DNA of 64,000 nucleotides from Octopus vulgaris (Eukaryota): NCBI GenBank assembly GCA_951406725.2, contig OX597815.1, positions 80,972,001 to 81,036,000 of the forward strand, read 5' to 3'. Shown piece by piece: positions 42,932 to 56,270 of this stretch (position 1 is its first letter; each line of letters starts with the position of its first letter). The notes under the pieces were generated by a model. It saw only the letters and a program-made list of their open reading frames with translations, ran no database searches and was not told where the DNA came from. The position numbers and the translations under genes were made by a program.

Positions 42932-44309
42932 CCTATCTTTAACCGTAAGTTGGTATTGAAAGCCAGGAGCGGCAATGTCACAGCTGATTAACTGTTTCAT
43001 ACAAATATTTCTATATTGACATTTGAAATTCTAGATAATTCAATGGTCCATTGGTTGTATGGGAGAAGCGAAGTTGAATGATACTTAGATTTGCAGGAAT
43101 AAGGACATACTTTATCATAGCGAAAGACACAATTAGTATCTAAAGGCTTACTCATGCCCTGTTAATTAGGTGGAACTGCAGGTGCAAATTCAAATACTAA
43201 CCAGTTTAGAAAAAGTTCTTTATCAATTCATACATTCTTTTGGGCTTCATAATAGAGTCATGAATCTCTTATTCTCTTCAAGAGGCAAGGACGAAAGAAC
43301 ATATCAAAGATTAAAAGCATTATCCTATGTGTGTCAGATGCATTTGCGCATGAAAGGACTGTTAGTTGCTTTCTTTTTTATGCCCGAAATTCCACCAGTA
43401 ATTGTTTCATTGAAATTTGCCAGTGATCTGGTTGATAAACATTTCTAGTAAAGGCCATTTTCATCAGGATTGGGTCGCCGTCACGATATCTGTTTTAAAC
43501 ACTTCGGAGTCTGCCATCAATAAAGGCTCCACTCTATCTTGAATATCAAACAGAATTGCATAACCAACAGTACTCTTCCAGAAACGGCCAACTGTCGAAG
43601 CATAGAATCAACCATGATGAAACACCGGCTACGAAGGTTAGAACATATGGCTTGAATGAAAAATGAGAGATTTCTTCTTCAGAACCCTCTTCAGTGAATT
43701 AATCACCGAAGATGATCTTTCCGCCATAGCTACGACGAACTAAAACCAATCTTGAAATTTGCTGGAACTAAGACAAAAACGGGGTAAAATGAAGTATAGT
43801 TTAAAATTCAGATTTGCTAATCGAACAGGCGTACAAATATAATTGTATGGACTAAATGGCTCACAATGATTATCCACCGTCGATTTACTAAGGCAAGTTA
43901 CGTCCTACAGAATGCTCAACAAAGTATTCGCCTGGATTTTACTATCCCTGTTCCTTTGTGCATACACACAGGTAAAAGTATTTTTTCAAGGCTCAGATCA
44001 AAATGCATCTCGATGCAAATATTACTTTATGTAATTGACGAAGTGCACAACATTGGGAATGGTGTTATTACAAATGTAATGGGTTCCAAACTATGCTAAA
44101 GACATACGTTGAAAAAGATTCAGGAATGAATATTGAAGCCATTTATAAGTATATTATAACTAATGAATTGATTTCCAGGAAACACGAGTTACATGACTGT
44201 TGCATATTTAATACATCAACGCAATGCAAATATCAACTTGCAGATACTCCATTAACGAGTGAGAAAGAAAGAGTGAGCTTTTCTTTCTCTCATCCTCTTT
44301 GTCTGTCAC

Positions 44310-44870
44310 ACACAACATGACCTTCTGTTCAAACCGCCCTTGTTTGACAACAGATTCTGAAGCCTGCTCGGAACGAAGCCGCTGATTTCTCTTACTAGGA
44401 TTACGAAAATAAATCCATTTTTCATCCTCAGTTATAATAAGATACCAAAAACGGACATCTCGACCTTTTTTTCGGCAGTGGTGTGCAAGTATTCATACAT
44501 TGTCGAGCCTGGTCATCGGTCATTTGAGGAGGGACTTCTCGGCGTCCTTTGTTCACAAAGTCGAGCTTATGGAGATGTCGACTGTTGGTGCATTGTGAAA
44601 GATTAAGTTCTGCCGACCATGTGCTTGTGCTCATGCTTGGATGTTGTTCAACCATTTTAAGCAAGGCCTCATCTTTCACAACAGGAAGTCTCTATGAGTT
44701 TGTTTTCGACATTGGTGTCGCCTTCCTTGAAATGGCTGAAACAGTTCTGTGCCTCACGTTCATTGACAGTTCCTACAACTTCCAGATCATTATTTTCTTT
44801 TGTTGCTACCTTTGTATTCAGTCCATTTTTCCACGGGTAGCGTATAATACCTCCAATTGCAAGTTTTTCA
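44310..44870 (-). pseudogene. Decayed mariner transposase, N-terminal half
   Basis: GTVNEREAQNCFSHFKEGD...ALLKMVEQHP...HLHKL...ITEDEKWIYFRNP...KVMLCV across frameshifts. Confidence 0.85.
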
Positions 44871-45063
44871 CGAACTCGTTATCTTTTAAAATAAACAATT
44901 AATGTATACATGTTATATGTGAAAAAAAAAAAAGTCTGTAACGATTGGAGGACAAGTTGTATCAAATTAATGATATAACAAGGAAATACAAGTTGCCAAA
45001 AATCATCAGTGAAAATCAAAAAACCTATTTTGACACAACCTGGCACACACACACACACATACA

Positions 45064-45270
45064 TCTTTTATCTTTTTCTTACTTGCTTCAGTCATTAGAC
45101 TGCGGCCATGCTGGGGCACCACATTGAAGAAATTTTAGTCGAGTAAATCAACCTTAATACTTTGTTTGAAACCTGGTAATTATTCTATCGATTTACTTTG
45201 CTGAGCCGCTAAGTTACGGAGGGGTAAACATACCAACACCAGTTGTCAAGAGGTGGTGGTGGGAAAACAA
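45064..45270 (-). mobile_element. SINE family A, 3' half
   Basis: Homology to other family A copies. Confidence 0.8.
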
Positions 45271-45464
45271 ATACGCGCGCGCGTGCTCACACGCATAAAG
45301 GTCATTATCTTGCCGATCTCATCTTCATCATCATCATCATCATCATCATCATCGAGCTACAGAGTAGTAACATCCTACCAGAAACGATCGCGTTATCTTC
45401 TTCATTCAGCATCTTATCGTCTTAGAAAATAAAATCGCATTTTAGGTTACATTTCGTCCGTTTT

Positions 45465-45630
45465 CATGTACTGCGTTTAAATTCCACCGAGATCGACTGT
45501 GCCTTTCATTCTTTCGGCGGGGTTGAGGTAGGAGCTGATAAAATAAGTACCTGATGAACACTGGGGTCGATGTAATCGACCTAACCCTCCACCCCAAAAT
45601 TCCTGCCCTTGTGACAAAACTTGAAGTCAT
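45465..45630 (+). mobile_element. SINE family B, diverged
   Basis: GCCTTTCATTCTTTCGG...ATAAAATAAGTACC...CTGGGGTCGATGTAATCGAC. Confidence 0.75.
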
Positions 45631-45904
45631 TATTATAATCATTTTATTGTCTTTGCACAGCTTCTAACGCTGGAGATGTACTACGGTGTTATAATCGAGT
45701 GTTTGTGTGTTTGCGAAATGTAATGGGGTATGTTATAAAAATGCTGAAATGCTATTTGGCATGTTGCATGCCTTGAAGCCTTACACAGTTATGGTGTTTG
45801 AATGTTAAGGCGCTGTAGTTGATAGTAGTTGTATGTGTAATATGATGGGAGAGTTATTGAGATCGGATGCGGTATATATGTGTGTGTTCGAGCATGTTTG
45901 CGTA

Positions 45905-46078
45905 TTATGTATGCATATATTGCATGTATGTATGTAAGTATGTATGTATGTATGTATGTATGTATGTATGTATGTATGTATGTATGTGTGTGTGTATGTA
46001 TGTATGTATGTATGTATGTATGTGTGTATATCTATGTATACATGTATGCATGTATGTATGTATGTGTGTGTATGTATG

Positions 46079-46109
<31 letters not shown>

Positions 46110-46608
46110 GTATGTATGTATGTGTGTGTGTATGTATGTATGTATGTATGTATGTATGTATGTATGTGTGTGTGTATCTATGTATGTATGCATGTATGTA
46201 TGTATGTATGTATGTGTATGTATGTATGTATGTATGTATGTATGTATGTATGTATGTGTGTGTATGTATGTATGTATGTATGTATGTATGTATGTATGTA
46301 TGTATGTATGTATGTATGTATGTATGTATGTGTGTATGTATGTATGTATGTATGTATGTATGTATGTATGTATGTATGTGTGTGTATGTATGTATGTATC
46401 TATGTATGTACGCATGTATGTATGTATGTATGTGTGTGTATGTATGTATGTATGTATGTATGTATGTATGTATGTATGTATGTGTATGTATGCATGCATG
46501 TATGTATGTATGTATGTATGTATGTATGTATGTATGTATGTATGTATGTATGTATGTATGTATGTATGTATGTATGTATGTATGTATGTATGTAGGTAGG
46601 TATGTATG
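45905..46608. repeat. About 700-bp (TATG)n microsatellite
   Basis: Directly visible. Confidence 0.97.
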
Positions 46609-46785
46609 TATTGGTCAACATGTCCGTTCGATTTTTGGTGACACTAGACTTCAAGCACTTTAATAAGTTACTAACTTCAATCTGTCCTTTGTGCATCTGC
46701 AATCGTTAGGTACTTAACACTTCAACGTAGTTCAACGTAATGAGGCAGAGTGGATGTGTTTTGTGTGTTTGGAGTCACTCAGAAA

Positions 46786-47230
46786 ATGGAGAACCGAAAC
46801 AAACATTACCGATACCTCATGCTCTTTTTTTATTTTAAAAAAGAAAGTGGGGCAATAAAGCGGTGGAGACCTACAGGAAGATATGTACTCTCTAGAGAGA
46901 GGATACTGTGAAGCAACGTGTGTACCAGGAGTGGTTTTCTAGATGTCAATCGAGATATTTTTCCGTTCAAAGTGCACCTCACTCTGATCAGCCAACTGAG
47001 AGTAACAGCAACACCAACCCCTGTTATACGATCAGAATGATTGCAGATATTCCCCGGATAAACAAATCGAATATTGACAAAGATCTGCATCAACTTGGTC
47101 AGGTTAGCAGGCTCGATGCTTGGGTTCCTCATCAGTTGAATTCACCCAAAAGATTCCCATCTGCGATTCGTTACAGAAACGTGAAAAAAAATTCTAGTTC
47201 AATAACAGCGAAAATGAAGCTGGACCTTTA
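46786..47230 (+). pseudogene. Decayed mariner transposase, N-terminal part
   Basis: MENRNKHYRYLML...QEWFSR...SAPHSDQP...LHQLGQVSRLDAWVPHQL. Confidence 0.85.
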
Positions 47231-47249
47231 AGGGAAGGCTTCTCACTCG

Positions 47250-48479
47250 GCAGTGGTTCAGTAAAGATGCAGACTGACCACAGATGTTATCCTAATACAG
47301 CATCGGCAGATAATAGAGCAAGGAGGAGGAAGTGGATCAGCGAAGGAAACAGGACAGTGATGCAATGCTACTTAGAAAGTGAACCTAAAAGAAGGGGCTA
47401 TAGAAAACGGATATTAATACTTTGGGTAGAGAAGGGTATGTGTAAAGTGACTGAAGAGAGATTAGTTGATCAAGCTAATACTATTAGGAGAAAGTGGATG
47501 ACACAATTGGAGGTAGAAGTGATCACAAGAGAACTAGAAAAGAGCAGGCAGTAGGAAAGACAAACAACAACATGAGAGATAAAGCATAAAACCAAAGAAG
47601 AACCTAAAGGAAAAAATAATAATAGCGCTACCAATAAGGAAAGCACGACTGGTACAATCGACTTGAATGATTTAAGTGAGGAAGATGAGAAGATTTTAGA
47701 TGAGTTGCAGGAAGTAATGAGTAAACAAGTAAGAAGGAAGCTACTAGAAATGACTAGGAAAGTAGATTCTGTTATCAGTTGGATAGATACTAAAAATATA
47801 GGAGACATTAATTTACTGATCTATGCAGGAGGGGTAGTAGTAACCAGAAGATTAGATATCTCACAGGGAAAGATTAAAAAAGAGCAAATATGGAAAAGGA
47901 GATTACAAAATAAAGTGAAGATTTTAAGACACTGAATAGAATAGAAACCTGGAAACTGAACAGTTAGGAAACACAAGTAGCAAATCTTCTCTTGAGAAAA
48001 GATACTTAGTCAAAGAGAAAAGATAAAAGATGGGCTACAGCAAATATTCTGCTCAATACCACAGATTTGCTTGACCTTAATCCGTTGAGCATGTCCCTTG
48101 ACGGCTGATGATATGTGCATCTCTGATCATGAGCAGAGGTAGTGAGGGAGCATCATAGCCTTGTGTTTAGAGGAATTCTTTGGGATTTGGATAATTCACC
48201 TTTGGAAACATGAGTGTTTCGTTCATCATGCTTAAACAACCCGTATTCGGGAGCTTTTTTGAGCGGGATGGGCTACTCAACCTGAAGAAAATTCTAACTG
48301 GGCCCCACCTGCAAGGTCATGCGCTGTTTATCTTAATATGAGATCACTATGTCGCGCACATATGGCTGTGATGCATGTGCCTGGTGTACCCTTATCAGAC
48401 GGGTGGTTATGATGGGTATACTGGGCTTCATATATTTTACCCCAGTGTCACTTTGATGACATGCACTGCACTCTCACTC
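47250..48479 (+). mobile_element. Internally deleted R4/Dong-clade LINE: N-terminal ORF region joined to a 3' region ending in (AAT)n
   Basis: RRKW..E.N..VMQCY..SEP..RGYRKR...LW..KG...VTEERLVDQ...I....W....E is typical of R4/Dong/Rex6 N-termini; INLLIYAGGVVVT..L and WKRRLQNK follow; from 48025 it matches 41190-41651. Confidence 0.75.
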
Positions 48480-48577
<98 letters not shown>

Positions 48578-48600
48578 TAATAATAATAAAAATAATAATA

Positions 48601-48671
<71 letters not shown>
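48480..48671. repeat. (AAT)n microsatellite
   Basis: Directly visible. Confidence 0.95.
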
Positions 48672-48672
<1 letters not shown>

Positions 48673-48930
48673 TGGGAATAGTGGGAATGATAAAGAAGGG
48701 ACCTGAGAAGTATATTAAGTAACTCCCTGAACTACAAAAGATAACCTTGATGGGTACAGCCCATATACTACGAAAAGCACTTTCCATTTAAAATGGAATA
48801 AATGTGGTGATAATTTTAGCAGGCATAGCAAAGCAAAAGTGCCCTTGCAACTCTTGGCCTCCAGAGGATACCCGGTACTAAGGCAGTTGAAGTAAAGTTA
48901 TAATGAAAGGAAACCACAAATAATAATAAT
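48672..48930 (+). mobile_element. 3' fragment of a second R4/Dong-type family in (TAA)n
   Basis: GIVGMIKKGPEKYIK*LPELQKITLMGTAHILRKALSI*, short UTR, then (AAT)n. Confidence 0.75.
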
Positions 48931-48953
48931 GGCGGTGATGATGATGATGATGA

Positions 48954-50425
48954 TTTCTTTTACTAACCACTGGGGCATGGATGAGGTAGCATCTCAAGGA
49001 CAAACAACAATTTGTGTGGGGATTTAAGTAAAGGATGGAGAGAAAGAAACGGAAAGGACACTGAAATGCAATAAAACTATACGAAGTATGTGATAAAATG
49101 AATGATGCAGTTCTCCTGATACAGGAGAAACTCCAACTAAGGTCAATCAAGGAACCTCACAGATCCAGAATTACTCTGACCAGCAAAGGCACGACTTCTC
49201 TCACATGATCTCCAGTCTACGGGCACATATTCGCCAGATTTCACGGTCCATCATAACATTACGGAGGTCCTGTTGCTGGATGCCTGTATCCCTGGAAATT
49301 ACATCAGGGTAGGAGAGTGTGCGCCCTCTGGTATTGCGAGTAGATGGCTTCCAGAGGAGAAGAGGAGAAATTGCCTCGTTTTCAGTTCTACAACAATTTA
49401 CAGCAAACTGGACTCTCCTACCTTTCACAAGAGATAATACAGGTGGTAGTTTTCCATATATTTGTATTTTGGTTGGATGACGCTTCCACGAGAGATTTTG
49501 AACTCTCATAAGGAGGCGCGTGTAAGTTCCATCCAACCGCCTCTCTTAGTATTTGAGCCAAATACTATGCCTACGTTTGTAGACTTTTCTAAAGCGTTCG
49601 ACTCTGTAGATAGGTACAAGATGTTTGAAATCCTTAAGCCCTATGGGATTCCAGACAAAATCATTTCTGCCATCAAGGTCCTCTACACAGATACGTCTTC
49701 AACCATCTTAACCCCTGATGGAGAAACATCATCTTTCTCAATCAAAGCCGGAATACTGCAGGGAGACACACTCGCCCCATTTCTCTTCATCATTGTCGTT
49801 GACTATGTGCTACGTATGTCAGTTGATACCATTTCTGGCAAGGGCTTTGAAGTAAAACCTAGAAGAAGTTCCAGACACCCAGCTGAATACTTAACAGACA
49901 CTGACTTTGCTGACGACATCGCTCTTATCAGTGATTATCTCTCCAATAACCAGTCTATTTTACAATCTCTCGAACAAGCCTCAAATTGTGTAGGTCTTTA
50001 TGAGACCAAGACAGAATATGTAAACAAGTGCCTGTCTAACAGTGATTTCATCATCCATACTCTCAGCAATACGCCCTTAAATATGGTTTCTGATTACAAA
50101 TGTCTTGGGTCATACATATCATCATCTGGAAAAGATTTTCTAACTAGAAAGGGTATGGCCTGGTCAGCCTGTAATGATATGCATAAGATCTGGTCATCAA
50201 ATCTAAGTAGAGACTTCAAACTTAGAATCTTCAAAGCCACAGTCGAACCAATTCTACTATATGGCTCAGAAACCTGGACGTTATTAAAGAAGCTTGCCTC
50301 TCCACCTTCACTTTTCTTCCCAAGTGGAACTTTAAAAGTTGATTAGAGCTTGACCGAAGAGAAAGGTGTGTTTTCTCAATCCTTTCAACCTCGTCCACTA
50401 CACCACCTCTATCACAGAAGCCACT
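48954..50425 (-). mobile_element. Old Tx1-type 3' fragment split by an RTE insertion
   Basis: 50297-50425 encodes WTRLKGLRKHTFLFGQALINF/KFHLGRKVKVER, homologous to the C-terminus of ORF 9092-10186; 48954-48980 ends GCCCCAGTGGTTAGTAAAAGAAA followed by (TCA)n. Confidence 0.65.
49232..50296. mobile_element. RTE-clade LINE fragment with 5' inversion
   Basis: Plus 49570-50296 encodes RT (FVDFSKAFDSV, GILQGDTLAPFLF, DFADD, LLYGSETWTL); minus 49545-49232 continues ERRLDGTYTRLL...DREIWR. Confidence 0.92.
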
Positions 50426-50458
50426 AAATGTATAAAGGTGTATATGTATGTATGCATG

Positions 50459-50497
<39 letters not shown>

Positions 50498-50770
50498 GGA
50501 CAGGATGTGTATAAATAAATATCTGAGTGTGTGTGTGTTTGTTTTTGTGTGTACGTAAATACGTATGAGGGGTAAGAAGTAATTGCATTAAAATCTATAA
50601 GTGAAGGAGCAAAAATATTTTCTTGGGTTACAATCGTTACATAATTTCATGAACCGTTCCGAACGGACGAGTTCATTAAATGGTGTCTGGCTCAGCGTAT
50701 AGACATAATTACAGTCATATATGTATGTGTGTGTACATATATATATACATATATATACATATATACATAT

Positions 50771-50903
<133 letters not shown>

Positions 50904-51104
50904 TACATATATACATATATAGAATATAACGATATCTATCTATCTATCTATTATATTTATACACACACATATAAACATATATATATATATACATATATAT
51001 ATATATTTATGCTTATAAATATATATATGTATGTATGTATACACACACATATAGATAGATAAATAGATAGATAGACATATATTACACATCTGTGTGTATG
51101 TGTG

Positions 51105-51209
<105 letters not shown>

Positions 51210-51217
51210 TACATATA

Positions 51218-51274
<57 letters not shown>

Positions 51275-51294
51275 GTGTTTGTGTGTATTATATA

Positions 51295-51533
51295 TATTAT
51301 TATAAAATTGAACACCACGCATCTCTTTCCAAGTAAGTTTATCTTAATAATTTTGATGCGACTCTACCCTGCACTGTCCTATCTCTCCCCCTTTCGTTTT
51401 CTCTCTCTTCTTTTCTCTAAATCTTTATTCTTCCCTTCTCCCCCTTTCGTATTTTATCTCTCTCATCCTTTCTCTAGTACTTTTTTCTCCCTTTAACCGT
51501 TTTCTATCTGTCTCTCTCTCCCTCTTCCTCTTT

Positions 51534-51573
<40 letters not shown>

Positions 51574-52060
51574 GCTCACATATGACCATCGTCCATCTTT
51601 CTTTTCCTCACGTCATCATCTTTCTTTTCCTTCAGTTTGTCGCACAGATCAGACGCATTCTTATCTTTTCTCTTGTCGAAGAATATTCCTCCAGCCTTCG
51701 CTACCTTTCCTCGCCTGGCCCAACGGCCCTCCGTGTTTGTTTTGGTTTAGTTCTTTGTATGTCTCCACTGTTCTGTTTTTGTCACCAACTTTGACCCTCC
51801 ACAAATCCCAAATTTCTATTTTGGTTCGCAAGAGCAACAGTTTTACGAAACCTCATATTGTCGTGAATTGCTCGAAATCTGGAATAGATGAACAGCTGAC
51901 AACTGACGGAGGGTCGTTCTTTATGTTACTTGTCTTGTTTTCCATTTGTTTCTCTCGTTGTTCGCATACCCAAGTTTGCCTTCGAATTTCATGTTCTTTT
52001 CGTATTTCCAGTTGTTTACGTTTTGTGACGTCTTGTACCCATATATACATGTATATATAC
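51295..52060 (+). mobile_element. Family P copy Z (longest unit, about 760 bp) between TA microsatellites
   Basis: Homology to copies X and Y; CT-rich tract; partial hammerhead-like motifs at 51847-51909. Confidence 0.7.
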
Positions 52061-52093
52061 ATATATATGTATGTATATATATGTATATATATA

Positions 52094-52161
<68 letters not shown>

Positions 52162-52189
52162 TATGTATGTATATGTATATACATGCATA

Positions 52190-52276
<87 letters not shown>

Positions 52277-52606
52277 TGGCCCATACAGAACATAAACCTG
52301 CTCATATGCATGTGTTTATAGGTGTTTTCATAGCTTTTGTGGGTGAATGCGTTTGAATATGTTTGTCTGCGTGTACGCGAGTTTGCTCGTGCACGCATGT
52401 ATGTATATGTATTTTGATGATAGTTTAAAGCTGCGTGTATAAATTATGTAATTACACACAAGGTCTCGCTACATTTAACCTTGTTAAACACTCTGCTAAC
52501 CTAGTTATTACAATTCGTTTATGCTTAGGTTTCCTTCTTTTCCCCGTTTTTCGGATAGATTTGGGTTAAATTATAATGTTGTGAACACGCAAGATTACGC
52601 ATACAT

Positions 52607-52684
<78 letters not shown>

Positions 52685-53115
52685 TTATGTGAAATATATA
52701 GAAAATAACACATATTAATGACTGTAATTCGAGCATTGTACACACATACATACTTACATAAACACTCTCTCAAACACAAACATATGCATACATACATGCA
52801 TGCATACATACGTACATGCATACATACATACATACATACATACATACATACATACATACATACGAACGTACGTACATACATACATACATACATACATTCA
52901 TACATACATACATACGAACATACGTACATACATACATACATACATACATACATACATACATACATACATACATACATAGAGAGTGAGAGACAGAAATAAA
53001 ACCAAGAAAAATGGCAAAGAACATGATGCAAATGGAATTACTTTAACGTTTGAGAAGTAGTAAGGGAGTGTCTTGACGTTAGTCCTTTAACGCATACACA
53101 CGCACATATGCATAC

Positions 53116-53186
<71 letters not shown>

Positions 53187-53188
53187 AC

Positions 53189-53768
53189 AGTAAATAAATG
53201 GTACAACGAAGTACCGATATTTACTGGAAAATACCGATCGTAATAAATACGACGCTATTGTATAGCTTCACTGCGTACATAGTAGTAAAGACGTGTGTGT
53301 GTGTGCAACAAACATGAAAAAAATTTGTCTTACCTCTAGGAAGAACATCTGAAAAATGAAAAACCTTGAAACGGATAATGCACGACCGGTTTCAGACTCG
53401 TCAAATACGTTTGACAAAGTAAAATTAATTTGTCTTCATCAGCTGCATATACCTAGACAAAATTTCAAATGTTCCCACATCTATGCCAGTACACTCGTCT
53501 GAACGCCAAAACGTTAACAGAACGAGAACAGTGAAGAAGTTTCAATGAAAATAATGCAATACGAAAGTATTGCTTTCCAGTAAAAGATAGCCCATAAGGG
53601 TAAAATTATACATATAAAAGTAAATAAATGGTACAACGAAGAATCGATATTTACTGGAAAATAGCGATCGTAATAAATATGACGCTATTGTATAGCTTCA
53701 CTGCGTACATTCTAGCAAAGACGTGTGGCTATCTTTTACTGGAAAGCAATACTTTCGTATTGCATTAT

Positions 53769-53774
<6 letters not shown>
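53189..53774 (-). mobile_element. ORF-less hammerhead element with 430-bp partial tandem and 5' inverted segment, in (TA)n; retrozyme or non-autonomous Penelope-like
   Basis: Direct repeats 53189-53297 and 53619-53727; perfect 48-bp inverted copy 53545-53592 versus 53727-53774; (TA)n on both sides. Confidence 0.8.
53378..53448 (-). ncRNA. Type I hammerhead ribozyme with extended stem II
   Basis: Minus strand AUGCAG CUGAUGA AGAC...GUCU GAAA C CG GUC^GUGCAU: intact core, palindromic ACCGGU stem III, one G.G mismatch at the base of stem I. Confidence 0.8.
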
Positions 53775-53804
<30 letters not shown>

Positions 53805-54879
53805 ACACAGCGGCGCACACACACACTGAAATGGGAGGACCAATCCACATTCTACATCTTGGTATTTTAATTTTTAATTCACCCTAAGAAACCACGCACG
53901 CGCAAGTGTTTGTGTGTATATGTGTGTGTGCGTGAGTGTCTAAATCACCATTCTTTGGAGACTTAGCGACATTCTTTGACATGTTCCTAAATCACCATTC
54001 TTTCAAATTTAATTAACAATGATATGAGATAAGGACCCAGTTATTTCGAGGTGTAGTGGGGCTCATTTTATTGACACCCTAAATGGATAAGAAGCAAAAT
54101 AGATCTTACAGGTAATCACCTCAGAGCATGAAGGAATTCAATGAATAGCTCAAGACAATGATCCTTCGAAGTATTGCTGTAGTTACGTACAGAAATTTAC
54201 TGATGAGCTAAAATTGTCTTTCCTTGTAAATTATATGTGTGTTCATGGAAGTGACTATGCTCATTTAAAAAAAAAATACGTGTTCTTGAAATCCTTGTAT
54301 GATTTATTCTCCCGTGGTGCGGTGTGCACAAACGCATGGCATAGAAGGGACATTGGTACAAGTATTTTGAAAATACCTCATGGTATGACAACCGTAGCCT
54401 GCGTAGTTATGGCTGCCCTTTGGAAAGACATAGCACCCCTCCAGCAACCCTGCTAGGGATACGATGAAGTCATGGGACTGCAGCGTGGTGGATTGTGGAG
54501 AGGTGGTAGAAGAGCTCAACTGAGTCAACGGTGTTTCTTACATTCATGCTGAGCGAAGGAATCCTAGAAGATCAACGGTCAAGATCACCAAGCCCTATCA
54601 AGAGGGTAACAGCAACACATCCATAGGGGTGACGTCCTTGGTTGTGTAATCAGCTAACGAAAGATTCACTGTGAGTCAAGCTCCCAATACAAATCCATAA
54701 TAATGGAACTGGATGGCGACAGAGTCATGGGAATCAGCGAAAGCTGCAAAAACAAAAGATTTATCAGACGTTCTGTCGATTTTGCCAGTTCGATACACAA
54801 AAGTTATTGAATAATGCTAATTAATATCTCATATTGATTGAAAGTCCTGAAATCTTCAGTAAAGTAACATGTAACATAA

Positions 54880-55090
54880 TCTTTTCTACTCTAGGCACAA
54901 GGCCCCGGGAATTGATCAACTGTAAAACAAAATTGAGTGACCTTAAGAAGTGTTATCATCGTCGGAGTCCATGTGGGGGGGGGGGGGGGGCAGTCGATAA
55001 GATCGACCCCAGTACGCAAATGGTACTTAATTTATCGACACCGAAAGGATGAAAGGCAAAGTCAATATCGGCGGAATTTGAATTAAGAAC
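54880..55090 (-). mobile_element. SINE family B (alternative tail) with internal insertion
   Basis: CTTTTCTACTCTAGGCACAAGG ... CAGTCGATAAGATCGACCCCAGTACGC...GGATGAAAGGCAAAGTC. Confidence 0.75.
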
Positions 55091-55471
55091 GTAAAGACAG
55101 ACGAAATAGTTAAGTAACATAATTGATTGAAATGACCTAATTTTTGGACTGTTGACTATCTTTTGCCCTACTCCTGAAGACCGAAAGATTAAATTATAAA
55201 TTCTTTGGGACTTGTATTGAGAGCTTAAAGGGACATTACTGAATAATAATCATAACGATCTCTGACATTGCCACAAGGCAACAAATTCTGAAGAGGCAAC
55301 GGGTACAATCTATCGAAATCATACCCAGTAATTCACTGGTAATTTATTTTACCGAGCTCCAACGAGGAAATAAAGGATAGTGAAACTGCATAAGATTTGA
55401 ACTCATAAAAGAAAGGAACATGACAAAATACAGTCATCCATGTGTTTTCTACCATTTAACACTATCTTTTA

Positions 55472-55547
<76 letters not shown>

Positions 55548-56073
55548 CCTTAAATCGAATATTTTATCGGAGGAATCTTTTAACCAAGTCTTCGGCTCCA
55601 TTATTTGACTGGTGCATTTTTTTTTTTTTTTTTGAGAATCAAGTAGAATAGAATGTGATGTTAACTTCCTGGAATATGAACCGAATAACCATGAGGGGCC
55701 GAACTAAATACAGCAAAGTATTTTGTCCAGCGCTCTACCGATTCTGACTTCAAGAGGATAACGAAAATTGGACAGTATGACGTTTTCTTACTGCTCGCAA
55801 AGTGACAGAAAAGGTAAGAATGAGGAGAATGAGGAGGAAGAGGAGGAAGAGGAGGAGGAGGAGGGAGAGGAGGGAAGGAAAAAGGTGAGCAGGGTTGGAG
55901 GAAACGAAAAAGGAAAGGGCAAGGAAAAAGAGGGAATGAAAATGAATTAAAGGAAGCGGGGGTGTAAGATGATGATGGTGATAATAATGATGATGATGAT
56001 GAGGAGGAGGAGGATAAGGAGGAGGGCGACGACAAAGACCATCACAACAGATAGAATGTTGAAACGGAAAAGG

Positions 56074-56146
<73 letters not shown>

Positions 56147-56174
56147 CAGCAGCAGCAGCAGCAGTAGCAGAAGC

Positions 56175-56206
<32 letters not shown>

Positions 56207-56270
56207 AAGAAGAAGAAGAAGAAGAAGAAGAAGAAGAAGAAGAAGAAGAAGAAGAAGAAGAAGAAGAAGA
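56074..56270. repeat. Compound (TAG)n/(CAG)n/(AAG)n microsatellite
   Basis: Directly visible. Confidence 0.95.

Noticed and set aside
43866-44099. VIDEVH resembling a DExH helicase motif II
   Set aside because: Isolated short match with no Walker A or downstream helicase motifs
54310-54750. GC-richer stretch resembling an RTE 5' UTR, possibly with an HDV-like ribozyme
   Set aside because: Could not build the nested double pseudoknot by eye, and there is no adjacent ORF
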